Of a stretch of 64,000 nt of DNA, positions 29,745 through 43,764 are shown piece after piece. A program made the translations under genes and the position numbers. The notes below the pieces were generated by a model. The model saw nothing but the letters and a program-made list of their open reading frames with translations, was not told where the DNA came from and ran no database searches. The stretch's first letter is position 1. Every line of letters starts with the position of its first letter. The stretch comes from Octopus sinensis (lineage: Eukaryota), in assembly GCF_006345805.1 (NCBI RefSeq), contig NC_043007.1, positions 29,822,001-29,886,000 of the forward strand, read 5' to 3'.

Positions 29745-29745
<1 letters not shown>

Positions 29746-30420
29746 TGGGTCATCCCATAAATAATGCAGTTTATTTTTATACTTCTTTTATTCTTCAGAA
29801 TTAAGTTAAACAAAGATTTTTTTTTTTTTAATCTAAAATATACTCTCCTTCATTTTCCACAAGCTCGTCTGGTAGACTTGCAAGGCTCCTCTCTTCCAGA
29901 ATTCACTTTGTCTGTGATGAAAGATACTCCTCCAGTACTGTTCTGACCTCATCTACAGAATTCATATTTTTTCCGTCCTAATGATTTTGAAGACTGCGGA
30001 ATAAATGGTAATCAGGTGGAGCAATGTCTGGCGAGTATTGTGGGTAGGGCATCGTTTCCCTTTCAAACTGCTCCAGACTTTCGAATGTCATCCTCACTGT
30101 ATGTGGCCAAGTATTATCCTGATGGAAGAATACCTTTCGTCTTAAAACCAAATATGGTCATTTTTCTTCTAGAGCTGACTTAAGCCACTCAAGCTGCTCG
30201 CAATAGATCTCCTTTGTTATCATTTGGTTTGGGTTTAAAAGTTCAAAGTTGACTAAACCTTTCATATCCCACCAAACAGATAACAACTCCTTACGTGGAT
30301 GAAGATCTTCTTTAGCCTGGGGTGCCAGTGTTTCTCCTTTCCCTACCCACTGTCTTCGGCACTTGACATTTTTATAGAGAACCCATTTCTCGTCACCAGT
30401 CACTATTGGGTCCAAAAAAA
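29745..30420 (-). mobile_element. Mariner (DD34D) transposase pseudogene fragment with 3' TIR
   Basis: IVTGDEKW...LSVWWD...FHQDNTWPHT...YSPDIAPPDYHLF; 34 residues between the 2nd and 3rd Asp (counted); several stops; TIR-like end ttgggtcatcccataaataatgc. Confidence 0.92.
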
Positions 30421-30659
30421 AAGGTTAATTTGTGAGATGTGACAGCAAAGATGAGCACATATGTGTAGGGGGTTTTCTATTTGTTTAGAGAGGTGAAATA
30501 GTACAGATGCCCAACTCTTTAACCTCATGTGTGAGTACATATGCATATCTGTATGTGTCTGTGGTTTGATGAAAACGTTGCTAGGTGCTCAGGGTGTGAT
30601 GGTGGAAGGGCCAATGTTGGAGATCCTAGCGTTTATAATCTTGGTGGAGCCCGTAGATA

Positions 30660-32230
30660 AGCGATCACATATCTTTTGTCATATGGACACGAGATAAAAC
30701 TTTCGCTTCTGCCGTTTAGTTAGGTGTCCGGGTAAAAGGAGTTTTTGTTCAAATATAATTCTTTTATCGGCTAGGCATAGCCTGCACTTTCTGATCCTGT
30801 TAAAATAAGGATTACACCTCTCCAACATTCTCCACTTGATGTTGTAATCGGTTGTGCTTTCCTTTAACGACCATATATACCTAGCTAGGATTAAGACATT
30901 GCGTCTCTCCTGAATATTGAAGAAGAACTTGTGGTCGTTAAATCTGTTTCTGAAAGGACCTTCTATCGCACCAACATACTTCCACGTGTTTGATGTTCAC
31001 TAAGGTCCTTTGACGCCACCACTACCTCGAATACGACTATCGCCAGAGCTGGATTAACCCATTAAGCAAAATAAACACGTGCTTAGGGCATCAAGGGAAG
31101 GAGGGCCACCACAGATATGGAAATGGTTTACGGTACAAAAGAAATCATTTAAAACTTGCTAAAATGATATTCGTAATGCCTTATCTCTTCTAAGTATAGA
31201 AGCAGAAGTTTTACGTAAAACTAATTTTAACGATATCATCAAACACTTTGCAATTAAAAAAAAAGGAGAAATTTTTTCAAATATAAATAAAGTGGAAGTA
31301 TACAAAAATAAACATTATTTTCCATCTTACTGTTAATTTTGTTTCATTTGGAAAAATAAAAATTTATTTTATGGTTTATTATCATTTACATTTTGAATAA
31401 TTTTTGTTTAAATTTTGAACGATTTACATATACTCGAGGGCACAAAACCTTTTAAGTGCTTAGGGCCTCTGTGGGTATTAATCCGGCCCTGACTGTTACT
31501 ATGTCTGCATGAGGTTCCCGCTTCTAATTTCTTTATACTGTGTGAACAATTAAAAGACACTTTTAAAGTGAGTCTATTAAATATTCTATGGAATCTATTG
31601 GTCTGAGAAAAGTATTTGTGTGCTAATCTAAGGAATATCTTACCCACACAAGTTTTACCCATGGAAAGAAAGGGGTGTGAACCACAATACTTTCCGGTGG
31701 CTTCTATCTTGGTGAGTTTGGGGTCGGGTGTGAAATAGAGCTTCGTTATAGTACAGGTCGCGGCGATAGAAATCTCTCTACTTGAAGAGAGGTTGTGAAT
31801 CTTATGCTGACCCCTTTCGCTAGGTTCCTGAACACTATGGGCCGATGACAGAAACCTTTTAATATAGGTCATCTCATTCGGATTCCTAAAGGACCAATAA
31901 ATACCAGATTCAAAGTCACATCAAGGAAATCAACCGTCTACAGGTTGGTTCCTGTCGTGACCTTGAAGCTAAGAGAATTATGGTTTAGGTTCTTCCTAAG
32001 CCCATCGAGGGAGTGGCCATTTGCCCCTTTCCTCTTTGTAGAGATGAAAGCCAATTAAGGGGAATTTTTATTAAGCAAATCCCGGGTATTTTCTTTGATG
32101 CCTTGGACAAACCTTCCCTACACCCTTATGGTAGATATAGTAAGTCATTCAATTGCAGTATCAAGAAGCTTGCATATTCCACAACACCTAACTTGGCATA
32201 TATTATAGTGTAGGCTATTATCTTTAGAAG
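30660..32230 (-). mobile_element. Penelope-like element remnant (RT C-terminus + GIY-YIG endonuclease)
   Basis: VDFLDVTLNL..GIY..FRNPNE; HPFLSMGKTCVGKIFLRLAHKYF...FHRIFNRLTLKVSFNC; KYVGAIEGPFRNRFNDHK...YIWSLKE...IKW...PY...CRLCL. Frameshifted. Confidence 0.85.
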
Positions 32231-35200
32231 CTAAACACGTTAAAAAAGAATGAAAGTACGTGTCTTTATTCAGAATGTATAGACCAATATGAGTATATCT
32301 CTAATGGAACAGATAACGGGGATGATGATACTTCAGTATTTCCTCTGACTAATAACAATAACACTAATAGTATTTAAAAAAGGTCTCTTATTACTACATA
32401 CCCAACAGAATGTGTAATTTTAGGAGCCATAACAAATACTCTCTAGATAACCAATGTTTAAGGGAAAATCTAATATATAAGTGCTCGGTCAAAACACCTT
32501 AGAGTGTCTATTATTACGTAGATGCTTCCGCTACAGTTTTTTCCTTCTTAATTTAAATAAAAGCTTTTGACACTATAACCGAGGTTTAAATGTTGTTACG
32601 CAATCACCTATATAATGATTTGTTACAGAGAACTTATAAATTATGATTTTTCTTAAGAATTAGTTATTCACGAAGCAGACTAGACGGTTTCTACGATTAC
32701 ATAATTCGTAAAGTCAGTCATCAAAAAGGATGAGATACCGTAAACAAAATTGTGGTAAACGAAATAAATGAACAGATCTCAGTCTAAAGATGTTGACGTT
32801 TAGTCCTCCATTGGTGTTGATATAACAAGTATTTGTACAATTTGTTTGTTGTACATCTTAACGTAGGTTGTAGAGTTGTTTATGAGAAATTGCCATCTGT
32901 CCCAGTTTCTGTGGCTAAGAAATTAAACAAAGTGTGTTAATGGTATGAGAATGGTAGCTACAAGATGTCTGAATGTAGCGCCATATTATTTTAGTCACCT
33001 ACTTTGGAAAGTTGTTTTTTGTTTTAGTCTCATCAACAAACCTGCTGCTATTACTTGAGAACATTTTATGTTTCTACAAGATGTAAATTTATTATTTTTG
33101 CTCAATTTTGTTTAATATGGAAGTTGGCTTTCATTTTTTTCAAGGAGTCAAAGATGTCTAGATTACGAACGTGTTCATCAAGATTGCCTACATTAATATT
33201 TTCAGCAGTTACTCGTTGTCAAGGATATCTTGAAGTTTTTTCATTGGCATTTATGTTTGTATTCCATGACTATTCTTTCTGATGTTTTAGATGAATCGTT
33301 GATCTAAAAGCAGTACTGAAGCAAGGGAGACAGTCATACCCCAGGAATTGCTTTTGAGCTTTTTCCTTTTTTCTGGTATATTTCCCTTCAAATTGTGACC
33401 TGTGTGATAGTGAGTAATGGTAGGCGGTACAGAAACAAAGATAATAGGGTGTATTGGTTGTGAACAGAAAACAAGGCACCAGAGAGATAAAAGGGTCGAT
33501 CAGAATAGTGGAATTAAATGAGTGTCGACGTATTGGTACGATGCCAAGCTGTGTGTTGTCCCATATGTGAGTGAAAGAAGAAAAAATGTGATAGGAGTGA
33601 GAGGAGAAGGGGAACAGTGGAGGACAGTTATATTTTGGTTGTTGGTAAAGAGATTGGATAGAAAAAGGCATTTGTAGTAATATGATGGAGGAAGAGAGAT
33701 AGACTGACAGGAGGGAGACAGGGCTGTGAACGTCGAAAGGAAATGTGTGTGTGTAAGATAGAGAAAGAGAGAAAGAGAGAGAGAGAAGTGGGGAGAGGAA
33801 ATGATTGTAGCAATAAAGATGAGTAATGGCTGTTAATAAGTGATAGAAGAGTGAGCAAGGGGAACAAATAATGTTAGGGGTTAAATACTGACTATACCCC
33901 TCATTACACAGATAACCTGATGGTGGAGAATCATGGTGATAGGGTGTGTGATAGATGAGAGGGTATTGAAGAACGGGGAGAGAGAGGTCAGTAGATGGGG
34001 ACTTAACATGAACAAGAGAGACTATATGGAGATATTCAATATTCAAACGTAGATCACCACCAGCTTTACATCCGTTTTTCTATGTTTGTATTGGTTGGTT
34101 GGGTCTTTTTCAGTATGGAACGTCGCCCCTTATTAAGTTCTCTGTTGTCCCTTTTGTCTTCATCAATTCATCCAATGTATTCCTTCATTATTGTCTTTCA
34201 CAGGTTCCATCCACTTTAAGCATGAGGAACATCTTTATATAAGTCCATATGTTTCACACGCTTGTCCCAGCATGCACCCTTGTACAGTGTGTCTGATTCT
34301 TTTTATAACCAGTTTTTCTCTCAGCTCATTTGTGCTCTCATTCATAAACACTAACATTACACATCTAGCAAAGCATGTTCGCTTCATTTCTTTCTTTTTT
34401 CTCTCTAATTCTCTATGCTTTATTAAAAATCTATGTCTTGCTAAAATGCAACATCACCATTCATACAATTTGTTGTCAAATCCATTACTGCAAAACACTA
34501 GTCACACAATGGTAATAACATAACGGAAGGCAACTGTAATTGTACGATCTCTTGTATCTGCTCACTTCATGGAAACTACTTTACTAGTTCAGTCCTTTAT
34601 TACACTGTGTCAAGTTAGAGTTGTGTGAAGGTTTGCGCTCGACAAAGATTGTACTTGCCTTAATGGCCAATGTAATGAAATAACGATTGTACTTAAGTTA
34701 ACAACAAGTACATTTAAGATAAGATATTACTAATAGACATTCATTAGTCAACCCAAGGTATTTTTGAGTGGGTTGAGCTTTGAAGATATATTTAAGAATT
34801 GTACATTTTTATTTTTGTACCAGCTTACATTATGAATACAAGTGAAATAATCTGACTTATTATCTTTGCTTTAGCCAAAAAAAAAAAGTTTTAATATTAT
34901 CACAGAGCTTAAATTCAAGAAATGATGTTCTTTATAACTGTTTGCATAAAATGAAAGACTGGTGTGCCATAGAAACATTTTAAAGAGAAATTTCTGACAT
35001 CATTATAATTTTTTCTTTCTTTTTAGCTCTCTGTCTATCTTTCGCCTCTCTCTCACTCTCTCTTTCCCACTCTCTCTCTCACTCTCGTACTCTCTGTCAA
35101 GTTGCAGGCTGTTTACGATGTATACCTTAATGAATAGAGAGCGATCTGTAACCATGTTTTCAAAGTTAATTTTTATTTTATTTTATTAATTTCTTCCTTT

Positions 35201-36041
35201 AATATTGTAGAATGTTCTCGTATTTTGAATGCTAATGATATTCTATGAATGACCTAAATTATTGCCATTTAATTAGATTATATTGTTATTTACTTTATTT
35301 TCATCTTTGCATATTCCAGCAGACATTTTCGTTTCCTCGTTACACAGGCGTCCATTGATATGGTCCCTGTTTCTTTTCGTTATCTCAAAATTCTTATTCT
35401 AGGTTTCCTCTTTCATTCCTTTTTCATTCAAAAATCAGAGACATAAAATTTAAAGTTTTATTCTTGCCCCAACAAACTTTTCCTTTATATTGCTGGTGCT
35501 CATGCTTTGCTGCCCATTGCTCCAACCATGACCCTCACATCTTTTACAAATTATATAGGACAACATTATGCAGCATATCTTTTTCCTTCCTCATGATGAG
35601 GTGGGATTTGAGGGAAATTTGGTTAATTGCTCTTAGCACTTTATTGTTTGATTATGCAATTAACAGTTTCTGCCATTAATTAATTTCATGTTTTCATTTC
35701 AAAAGATCATGAACTTAAATTACTATGGCTAGTCAATCACATACTTTAACAGAATGCATGGAGGTAGTAGTTGATGCCATAAACCCTAGGGCTTGATTGG
35801 GATATAATTTTGCTGACCCTAAAGGAATAAAGGCAAATTTGACCTCTTGAACTTAAAATGCAAAGAACTGAAATGAGGGCTACAAAGCATTTCTTTCTAG
35901 CACTAATAATTCTGCCAGTTCAAAGGTTTAATAATAATAATAATATCGACCCTGAAAAGATAAAGCATAAAGTTGACCGTCAAGGTCAACTTTGCCTTTC
36001 ATCCTTCTCTCAAAATTTCAGGCCTTTTGCCTAGAGTAGAA

Positions 36042-36075
<34 letters not shown>

Positions 36076-36392
36076 TTTTAGTATTGCAGTCTTTGAAGGC
36101 ACATGGTGCTAATTTTATGATCCCTGACAAAAAGCAAAGTTGACCTCGGCAAGATCTGAACTCAGAACGTAATGATGGATGAAATACAGTAAGCATTTTG
36201 TCTAACATGCTAGAGATTCTGCCAACCCAGCAGCTAAAACTTTACATCCAGGCATTAAGTGGTCCACTGTTTCAATCTCATCATTGCAGAATCGGCACTC
36301 TGGGCCAACTCTGTTTTCCATCACATTAGCTTAGTAGTTCCGGATCAATAAACTTTGATCTTGAACTCAACAGCAAATTTTTTGTTCTCCTT

Positions 36393-36778
36393 GGATGGAA
36401 GCACTCTGTCGGTTCCGACGACAAGGGTTCCGGTTGATCCGAATCAACGGAACAGCCTGCTCGTGAAATTAATGTGTAAGTGGCTGAGCACTCCACAGAC
36501 ACGTGTACCCTTAACGTAGTTCTCGAGGATATTCAGCGTGACACAGAGAGTGACAAGGCCGGCCCTTTGAAATACAGGTACAACAGAAACAGGAAGAAAG
36601 AGTGAGAGAAAGTTGTGGTGAAAGAGTACAGCAGGGATCACCACCATCCCCTGCCGGAGCCTCGTGGAGCTTTAGGTGTTTTCGCTCAATAAACACTCAC
36701 AACGCCCGGTCTGGGAATCGAAACCGCGATCCTACGACCGCGAGTCCGCTGCCCTAACCACTGGGCCATTGCGCCTCC
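36393..36778 (-). mobile_element. tRNA-derived SINE, family C, young copy with 13-bp TSD
   Basis: A-box TGGCCCAGTGG and B-box GGTTTCGATTCC; CpGs retained; TTTTGTTCTCCTT at both 36380-36392 and 36779-36791. A partial copy lies at about 43800-44080. Confidence 0.88.
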
Positions 36779-38803
36779 TTTTGTTCTCCTTATAACAGAA
36801 TGAAACCTCTTACATGTCTTGTGATTTCCAATGAGTTTTAGCATCCAGTCATTAGATGTTTTAAGATATTTAGTCAGACCAGTAGTGGTGGTGTTGTAAG
36901 AGAGTTCAAACTGGATCAAGCCTCGATCTCCTTGGGCTCTGGGATGGTAAACACAATCTGCATCTGCCTTTGCAAAGTGCATCTTATTGCAAGTCAGCAG
37001 TTGGCGTATTTTCCTGTCAATTTTCTTTATTTTATACTTGACTCATTCTTTATTCTTTTGACTCCAGGGCAGATGAAAGGTAAAGTTCAAAGGTAAAGAT
37101 GAAAGGTCAGATGAACAGTAAAGTTGATCTCAACTTGAACTGCAACTAAATCCTGCAAGTCATTCTGTTCAATGTTTGAATGATTCTGGCAATTGATGAC
37201 AAATACAGACCTAGATATTATTGAATGGAAGTGTCTGTGTGTGTGTGTGTGTGGGGGGGGGTAATTCATTATATCACCCCCCCCCATCAGCATTTACCAT
37301 CTTTGTCCCCTCTTAATAGTCTTGTGTCGGGAACAACCTCAGGCCCTATTATTATATGGGCCCTAAACAAATCTGAATGGCTGAGTAAACCTCAGTATGA
37401 TTTGCACTTAAAAACTTGAGGACATACAATGACATGCCAAGATACATTTAGCCTGATGCTGTTTTCCTTTCTGCCATTTACCGTTCTTAATAAAACACCA
37501 CATCTAGTCTGATGCTCAACTGATTCCACTATTTGCCATTCTTCACACAACATCAGTTGAAGAGCAAACGTTTCGGCAGAAGCATGATGTCAGTCAATTC
37601 TACGATTCTCAGTTAATGACTGGTACTTTCTTTTGAAAAGGCCTTCAAAGACTAAAAGAGAGGACACTCACCAACACTCTTTAAATAACAACAACAACAA
37701 CAACAAGTAGTAATAATAACAATATTAATAATGATAATAATAATAATGATAGTAATAGTAATAGTAATAATGATAATAATAATAGTGATAATAATTGATT
37801 TCTTTTGGATTAGGCACAAGACCAATGTTTTAGGGTTAGAGGTACAGTTAAGTGGCTCAACCCTCAGTTTATAACTGGTATTTTTATATTATCAAAAAAA
37901 TAAAAAGGACAAAACAGAGAAAGTGATGAAAAAAACTCCCATGTTTTGCAGGCGTCAAAGAATGAGAAAGAACAAGCAAAGAACAAAAATAAAGAGGAGG
38001 AGGAGGAGGAGGAGGAGGAGGAGGAGTTTGGTAAAAGTGACACTATTCTGTGGGTGTGGGTGTGGATGTTGTCCCGTTTTGCAATTTGTTCATAATTTTA
38101 GGTTCTAATTTATCATTTTTATATTTTTGTGTTTCTTGTTTACAATTGTTTATGTTTTGATCCGATTCCATTTCTGTTAGTGTTTATAAGAATTTCTATA
38201 AAGTCCTTTTTTGTATTAATTTCTAAACTTGCCCTCATTCTTCACAAACAAGTGGCACCGGTCTTTCACTGGTGGAACTTCCATCTTTCTCTCTTTTATT
38301 TCTGTTGTTGTTTTTTGTTTATTTACAATTGTTTTGTTGTTTATGTTGTTTTAATTAGTAGATTTTCTTTCTTAATTTCCCTAAGACACTCATAACTGTT
38401 TATGAATCTATTTATTTATACATGAAGGGAGGAGGGGCTATGTCTACTACGACTAGTTACTTTTTTTTCTTATGTTCGTGTTCTTGGTATTATTTATTCT
38501 TTCTTTCACCATTTTGTTGTTGTTGTTATGACTGTTAATGTAGTTTACTGATTGGGAAGATGACAATGATGATGACGATGATGATGATGTTAATGGTGAT
38601 GATGATGATGATGTTGATGATGATGTGTTTTCTCAATCCTGGTTGCTTTCTTTCTTTCTTTCTTTCTTTCTTTTTCTGTTTTGTGTGATGAAATACAATC
38701 CAAACTAAGAGAAGGAAATCAGGTGTCTTGGAGTGGATGCACCGAGAGTAATGCTTAATGTGTGTCTTGTATGAGAGATTGGTAAATAGGTAACTAAGTA
38801 TGC

Positions 38804-38851
<48 letters not shown>

Positions 38852-39119
38852 GTGGGTACAGGTGTCTATAAATCTATTCCAAAATGAAAAATAGTGAAAG
38901 AAACACAAAGAGTTCATAGTGAATATTCTTCTTTCTCTTCATCTTCTAGTTTTACTAGTTGTTCTTCATCTTCTTCTTGTTCTTCTTCTGTGCCTGCCCA
39001 ACAAGATAACCGACTGCAAAAGAATGAAAAAAGAAACACCGTTTGAGAACACACTCTAACACTGTAATTCCATGACTTGTGAATTTACCAAATATCAAAA
39101 TAACCTGATTATTATTCGT

Positions 39120-39152
39120 GACAACAATAACAACAATAATAATTATAATAAT

Positions 39153-39210
<58 letters not shown>

Positions 39211-39250
39211 GTAATAGTAATAATAATAACAACAACAATAACAGTAATAA
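39120..39250. repeat. (AAT/AAC)n microsatellite
   Basis: Read directly. Confidence 0.95.
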
Positions 39251-39488
39251 TGAGTTTTGATTTAGGCACGTAAAAAGCACCATCTGAACGTGGCCGATGC
39301 CAGTGTCACCTGACTGGCCCCCATGCTGTAAAAAGCACCCACTACACTCTCAGAGTGGTTGGCATTAGGAAGGGCATCCATCTGTAGAAACCTTGAAAGA
39401 TCAGATTGGAGCCTGGTGCAGTCTCCAGGCTTGCCAGTCCTCAGTCAACCCATCCAACCCATGCCAGCATGGAAAACAGATATTAAAC

Positions 39489-39526
<38 letters not shown>

Positions 39527-39897
39527 CCATTGTCATTTTCTGTTTTAAATCGAATCCTGAAAGGGTTAAAAGTGACAAATCTTTTCATCCAAATCAGTTT
39601 TCGATGTCTGTTGTTTATCTTTCCATTCCTTTTTGACAGACTCAAGAAATAAAAGGTTTTGTGGCCAACTTTTCAAAACTCACTTTGTAGTTTTGTTAAT
39701 GTCAGACATGATCTATGACAGACATAAACACCAACCTTTGCCAGAATGTAGTGGAGGGCCAGGAATGGAATGGTAGGATACTGGGTTAAATACAGAGTGG
39801 TGGCATATTTAGTTGTAATCCTTAGACTCTTGAGTTCATATCTCACCTTCGACTGAAACGAGTACCAGTTACATACTGGTGCCAGTTATACACTGAT

Positions 39898-40109
39898 TTC
39901 AAATTTTCATACAAGGCCAGCAACTTTGGCAGAGGAAGTTGATTACATCGACCCCAGTGTATAACTGGTACTTATTTTATTGACCCTGAAGTGATGAAAG
40001 GCAAATCTCACCTCAGCTGAGATTGAACTCAGAACGTAAAAATGAACAAAATGCCACAAATCATTTTACCCATCGTGCTCTCGGTCCTGCTAGCTCGCTG
40101 CCTTAAAGC
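39898..40109 (-). mobile_element. SINE family E with a 17-bp TSD
   Basis: Flanked by gccagttatacactgat (39881-39897) and gccagttatatattgat (40110-40126). Confidence 0.75.
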
Positions 40110-41177
40110 GCCAGTTATATATTGATACCAGTTATATACTGGAACCAGCTTTTGTTTTATTTTTTATTTCTTAGTCAAAGAAAGGTAGAAACCAGGACCC
40201 TTTTCTGGGGTCTTCAAAACTGGTGAGGAAGCAGGGGAATGTGAAGGATGTGATTCTCAGATAAGAGAAAGGGTTAGCATGCTTCCAATGGAGAAGATTT
40301 TGTCAAAGGAACCCAATAAATGGTGGAACAGAGGAATAGGTGGGATGTGTGCCACCTGGGGCAGCCCTTGATTTTCAGACTCCTGGAGCCCAAACTTAAA
40401 CAGGCTTATAGAGCAGACCTAAAAATACCACCCCATAGAAACATCACCCGGGACACACTGACTCCAAGCTTCCTCCAAGCTATGCCATGGTGGTGGTGGT
40501 GTTGATAGGATTAAATCAAGCAACAGATCACATCCACCATCTCAACTGACCACACCCAAATCCGCTTTGGCCATTTAATCTTTGAACTATTCTGCCTAAT
40601 GCAATGTTTAATTAATTCATATTGTTTCAAATTAATTATGCATTATCTTGTACCTTTTCCGAATTTGATGATGTAACTATAAATTTTTAGAATGACATTG
40701 GAGGGTCGGTGTGAAAGGCCAGATCTGGTTGGTTTGAACAGAAAACAGGCAGAATATTTTGGCTGGATTTAAGGCTAAAAAGGTTAAATTTCAAAGCATT
40801 AACCTTCAACACCAGACGGAGCAGTAGAAATGGCAGGCAAAGGCCAACATGATTCACTTTCAATTGTCTGTATTCTAAGTTCAAATGTTGATATGGCTAA
40901 CTTTATCCTTTATCCCACATGGATTAGAGAAATAAATACCAGTTATGTACTGGGTTCAATTCAAATGGCAATAGTCTACAAACCCACCAAACTTTTTGTA
41001 ATAATGGTTAAGCTTTACATCTGCAGGAATGGTAAATTCTTTGACCAAATCTTTCACAAGTTTTAGATTCCGATTGCCGTGTTTTGGTTTCAAATTCCAC
41101 AAGACTTGATGTTGTCTTCCACACATCATGTACAGAGAAAACATCAGTAATATATTGGGGTGGGTTCTTTAGATTTC

Positions 41178-41212
<35 letters not shown>

Positions 41213-41371
41213 CACACTCACACACATGCACACACACACACACACATATTCACATAAATATGGCCAGTAGTTTTCTGGTGTACGGACTGTCAACAATATA
41301 TTCACCATGTCTGGTGTTTGTGCTTGACAAATTAGTACAAGCTAGAATAGCAACAGTCAAATATGGCACAG

Positions 41372-41449
41372 AATCAATACCTGATAATCAATACATGATA
41401 ATCAATAGAGGATAATCAATAGAGGATAATCAATAGAGGATAATCAATA
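41372..41449. repeat. 14-bp tandem repeat, about 5.5 copies (AATCAATAGAGGAT)
   Basis: Read directly; the first two units are variants. Confidence 0.9.
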
Positions 41450-41590
41450 AATGTGTCACTTCAAATGTAGAACAGAGTGACTGAGTGAAGTTTATTGATA
41501 ACAATTCTCTTTTGAATTTTAGATTATTTGGCAGAAAATCAACTGTGGGGACAGGCAAGAGAATGTGGGGTGGGGACAGACATGTGAGGA

Positions 41591-41920
41591 GACCCCCTTC
41601 AGCCATGAATGAGCATGGGATTGCACCTAGGAAGTTCCCCTCCTAGGCACAAGTCAGAGCAAGGTTGTTTGTGGAAGACCAGCAGTCGCCCATACATACC
41701 GGCTTCCCCTCTCCACACCACTGATGTTATCCAAGGGAAAGGCAAAGGGGCCGATACAGCTTGGCACCAGTGACATCACCACTCATTTCTACAGCTGAGT
41801 GAACTGGAGCAACGTGAAATAAAGTGTCTTGCTCAAGAACACAACACACAGCCTGGTCCGGGAATCGAACTCACTACCCCATGATTGTAAGCTCGACGCT
41901 CTAACCATTGAGCCATGTGA
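41591..41920 (-). mobile_element. tRNA-derived SINE, family D
   Basis: Reverse complement of 29397-29703. Confidence 0.8.
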
Positions 41921-43482
41921 GTGTAGGGATAAAGTAGTGAAAGTGATGGTAGAGTAATGAGTGTGGTGGGTAGGCAAGTGTCTCTGGGGGTAGGCGTGTG
42001 ACTATGGGGTTAAGTAGCTAAATGCGCAGTTTGGTAGAATTTTGAAGTAGACGTACCAATGATTTGGGCCTCCCTGAGAAATGTAAACATGTATAAGGAA
42101 AGTTTAGTTTTGTTCTGACTGGTTTCATTTCCATTTGGAGACTCATCAGAGGATAAAAAAGAAAAAAACCCACCATTCTCCTCTACTTGTTGCTATTTAT
42201 ATCAAGCAAAATCTATGATTTAAATGATACCACCACCACCACCACCACCACCACCATTTAAGGCCCGTTTTCCATGCTGGCATGGGTTGGATGACTTCAC
42301 AAGAGCTGGCAAGCCAGAGGACTGTGCCAAGCTCCACTGTCTGTTTTGGCACTCAGTCTAATTTGTATAACAGGGTATTTGTTGGCAATGTGGTTAATTA
42401 ATTAATTTTAAATTATTCGGCCTACAGAGAGATGAAAGCGTTTTGATTACATTTGCATAAAATTTTGCATTCTTTTCATTGAAATTTCAAATTGTATTTT
42501 CTATCAGGGATGCGTTACAAAGACAGGCACCGTTTGGTGGAGGGTGCAGTCACTCACATGTGTGCGAGTGTGCATGCACATGAATGCACACACACACACA
42601 CACACAATCACTCAATCACACACACACACTCACACACAAACACACACAAACACACAATCACTCACACACAATCACATGCAAAAACACACACACAATCACA
42701 TGCAAAAACACACATACACAATTACACACACACACTCACATACACACAAACACACACACACACACACATACACAAAACCAAATTAGCCAGGGCAAGATGG
42801 AAGCCCCTATGTGGTCACTCGACCTGCTAGAAATAACAGTCAAATCTCACCCAGAACAAACATTTCTGCCTTAAAAGACGGAAGGATATATTGAACAGAG
42901 TAATCCTGGTCAAAGGTGGAAAATTTTTGATGAGAGGAAGTCTGTTGGATCAAAGCTGAACTGGAACTAAACAAAAAGAACTGTTGTCTGTCTGTTTGTC
43001 ACCTTTGACAAAACAATGAACCATGATTGATCTGTTGAACCTCCCTTTCCACTAATTCTGTCACCGTGTATCTAGGACTACATTACCAAATCAATCCTTT
43101 CATTTTGTGATGATTTGGTGTGAATTGAGGGAGAGTTGACTGATGTTTCTTGCAAGGCAGACCCATCAAGATTCTCAAGTACCAAAGAGTTTACAAAGAT
43201 TTGGAAGAAATTTTAGTAAAAGACCATCTTTCTCATTGAAACGGTTTATGAATTATTTAGACATTATTGGAACCAGAGAAAACTTGGAAAATTGGTTTCG
43301 CAAGAATTTGCCAGGATCCATTGTTCGACAATTCTCCAGTCAATCTGCTGCTTTCTGTTTGAAATGTCAAACTCTTTGACATTTCTAACATCATTCCATT
43401 AATATTTATCACTCGTCTCATCTTATCATCAAATATCTCCAGCTTCCATTTTCTTTCATATAACATTTATACTGCTGCTGCT

Positions 43483-43513
<31 letters not shown>

Positions 43514-43554
43514 CTACTACTACTACTACTACTATTTATCGCACCCTGTTTATA

Positions 43555-43764
43555 TACAAGGGGGTGCTGAAAAGTTCCTGGCTTCAAGAGTATTACAAAA
43601 GTCGTGGTTCGAACCCAATCTTCCGAGTTCTTTTACAGGGCCAGAGGACCCCTGCAATAAGTGTGTGAATCTGAGAGGGGAATATTTTGAATAAAACCAT
43701 AATTAACTGGTCCTCCTGTATTTTCTTTTACCCAAAACCAGGAACTTTTCCACATCCCATCATA
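43555..43764. mobile_element. Mariner-derived MITE
   Basis: TIRs caagggggtgctgaaaagttcctgg and ccaggaacttttccacatcccatc; TA flanks. Confidence 0.7.

Noticed and set aside
33270-34046. Longest ORF in the window (258 aa, -)
   Set aside because: Low-complexity S/L/H composition from the complement of purine/GA-rich sequence. No domain motif or splice context.
36700-36778. tRNA-like sequences (also 25539-25615, 29397-29450, 41850-41920)
   Set aside because: They have A and B boxes but no clean acceptor stem, run straight into SINE bodies and occur in several diverged copies. They are SINE heads, not tRNA genes.
41372-41449. Short direct repeats that might suggest a CRISPR-like array
   Set aside because: Contiguous 14-bp units with no spacers, in eukaryotic DNA with no cas genes.
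43143-43466. Overlapping ORFs that looked like a transposase relic
   Set aside because: No catalytic or family motif could be identified in any frame.
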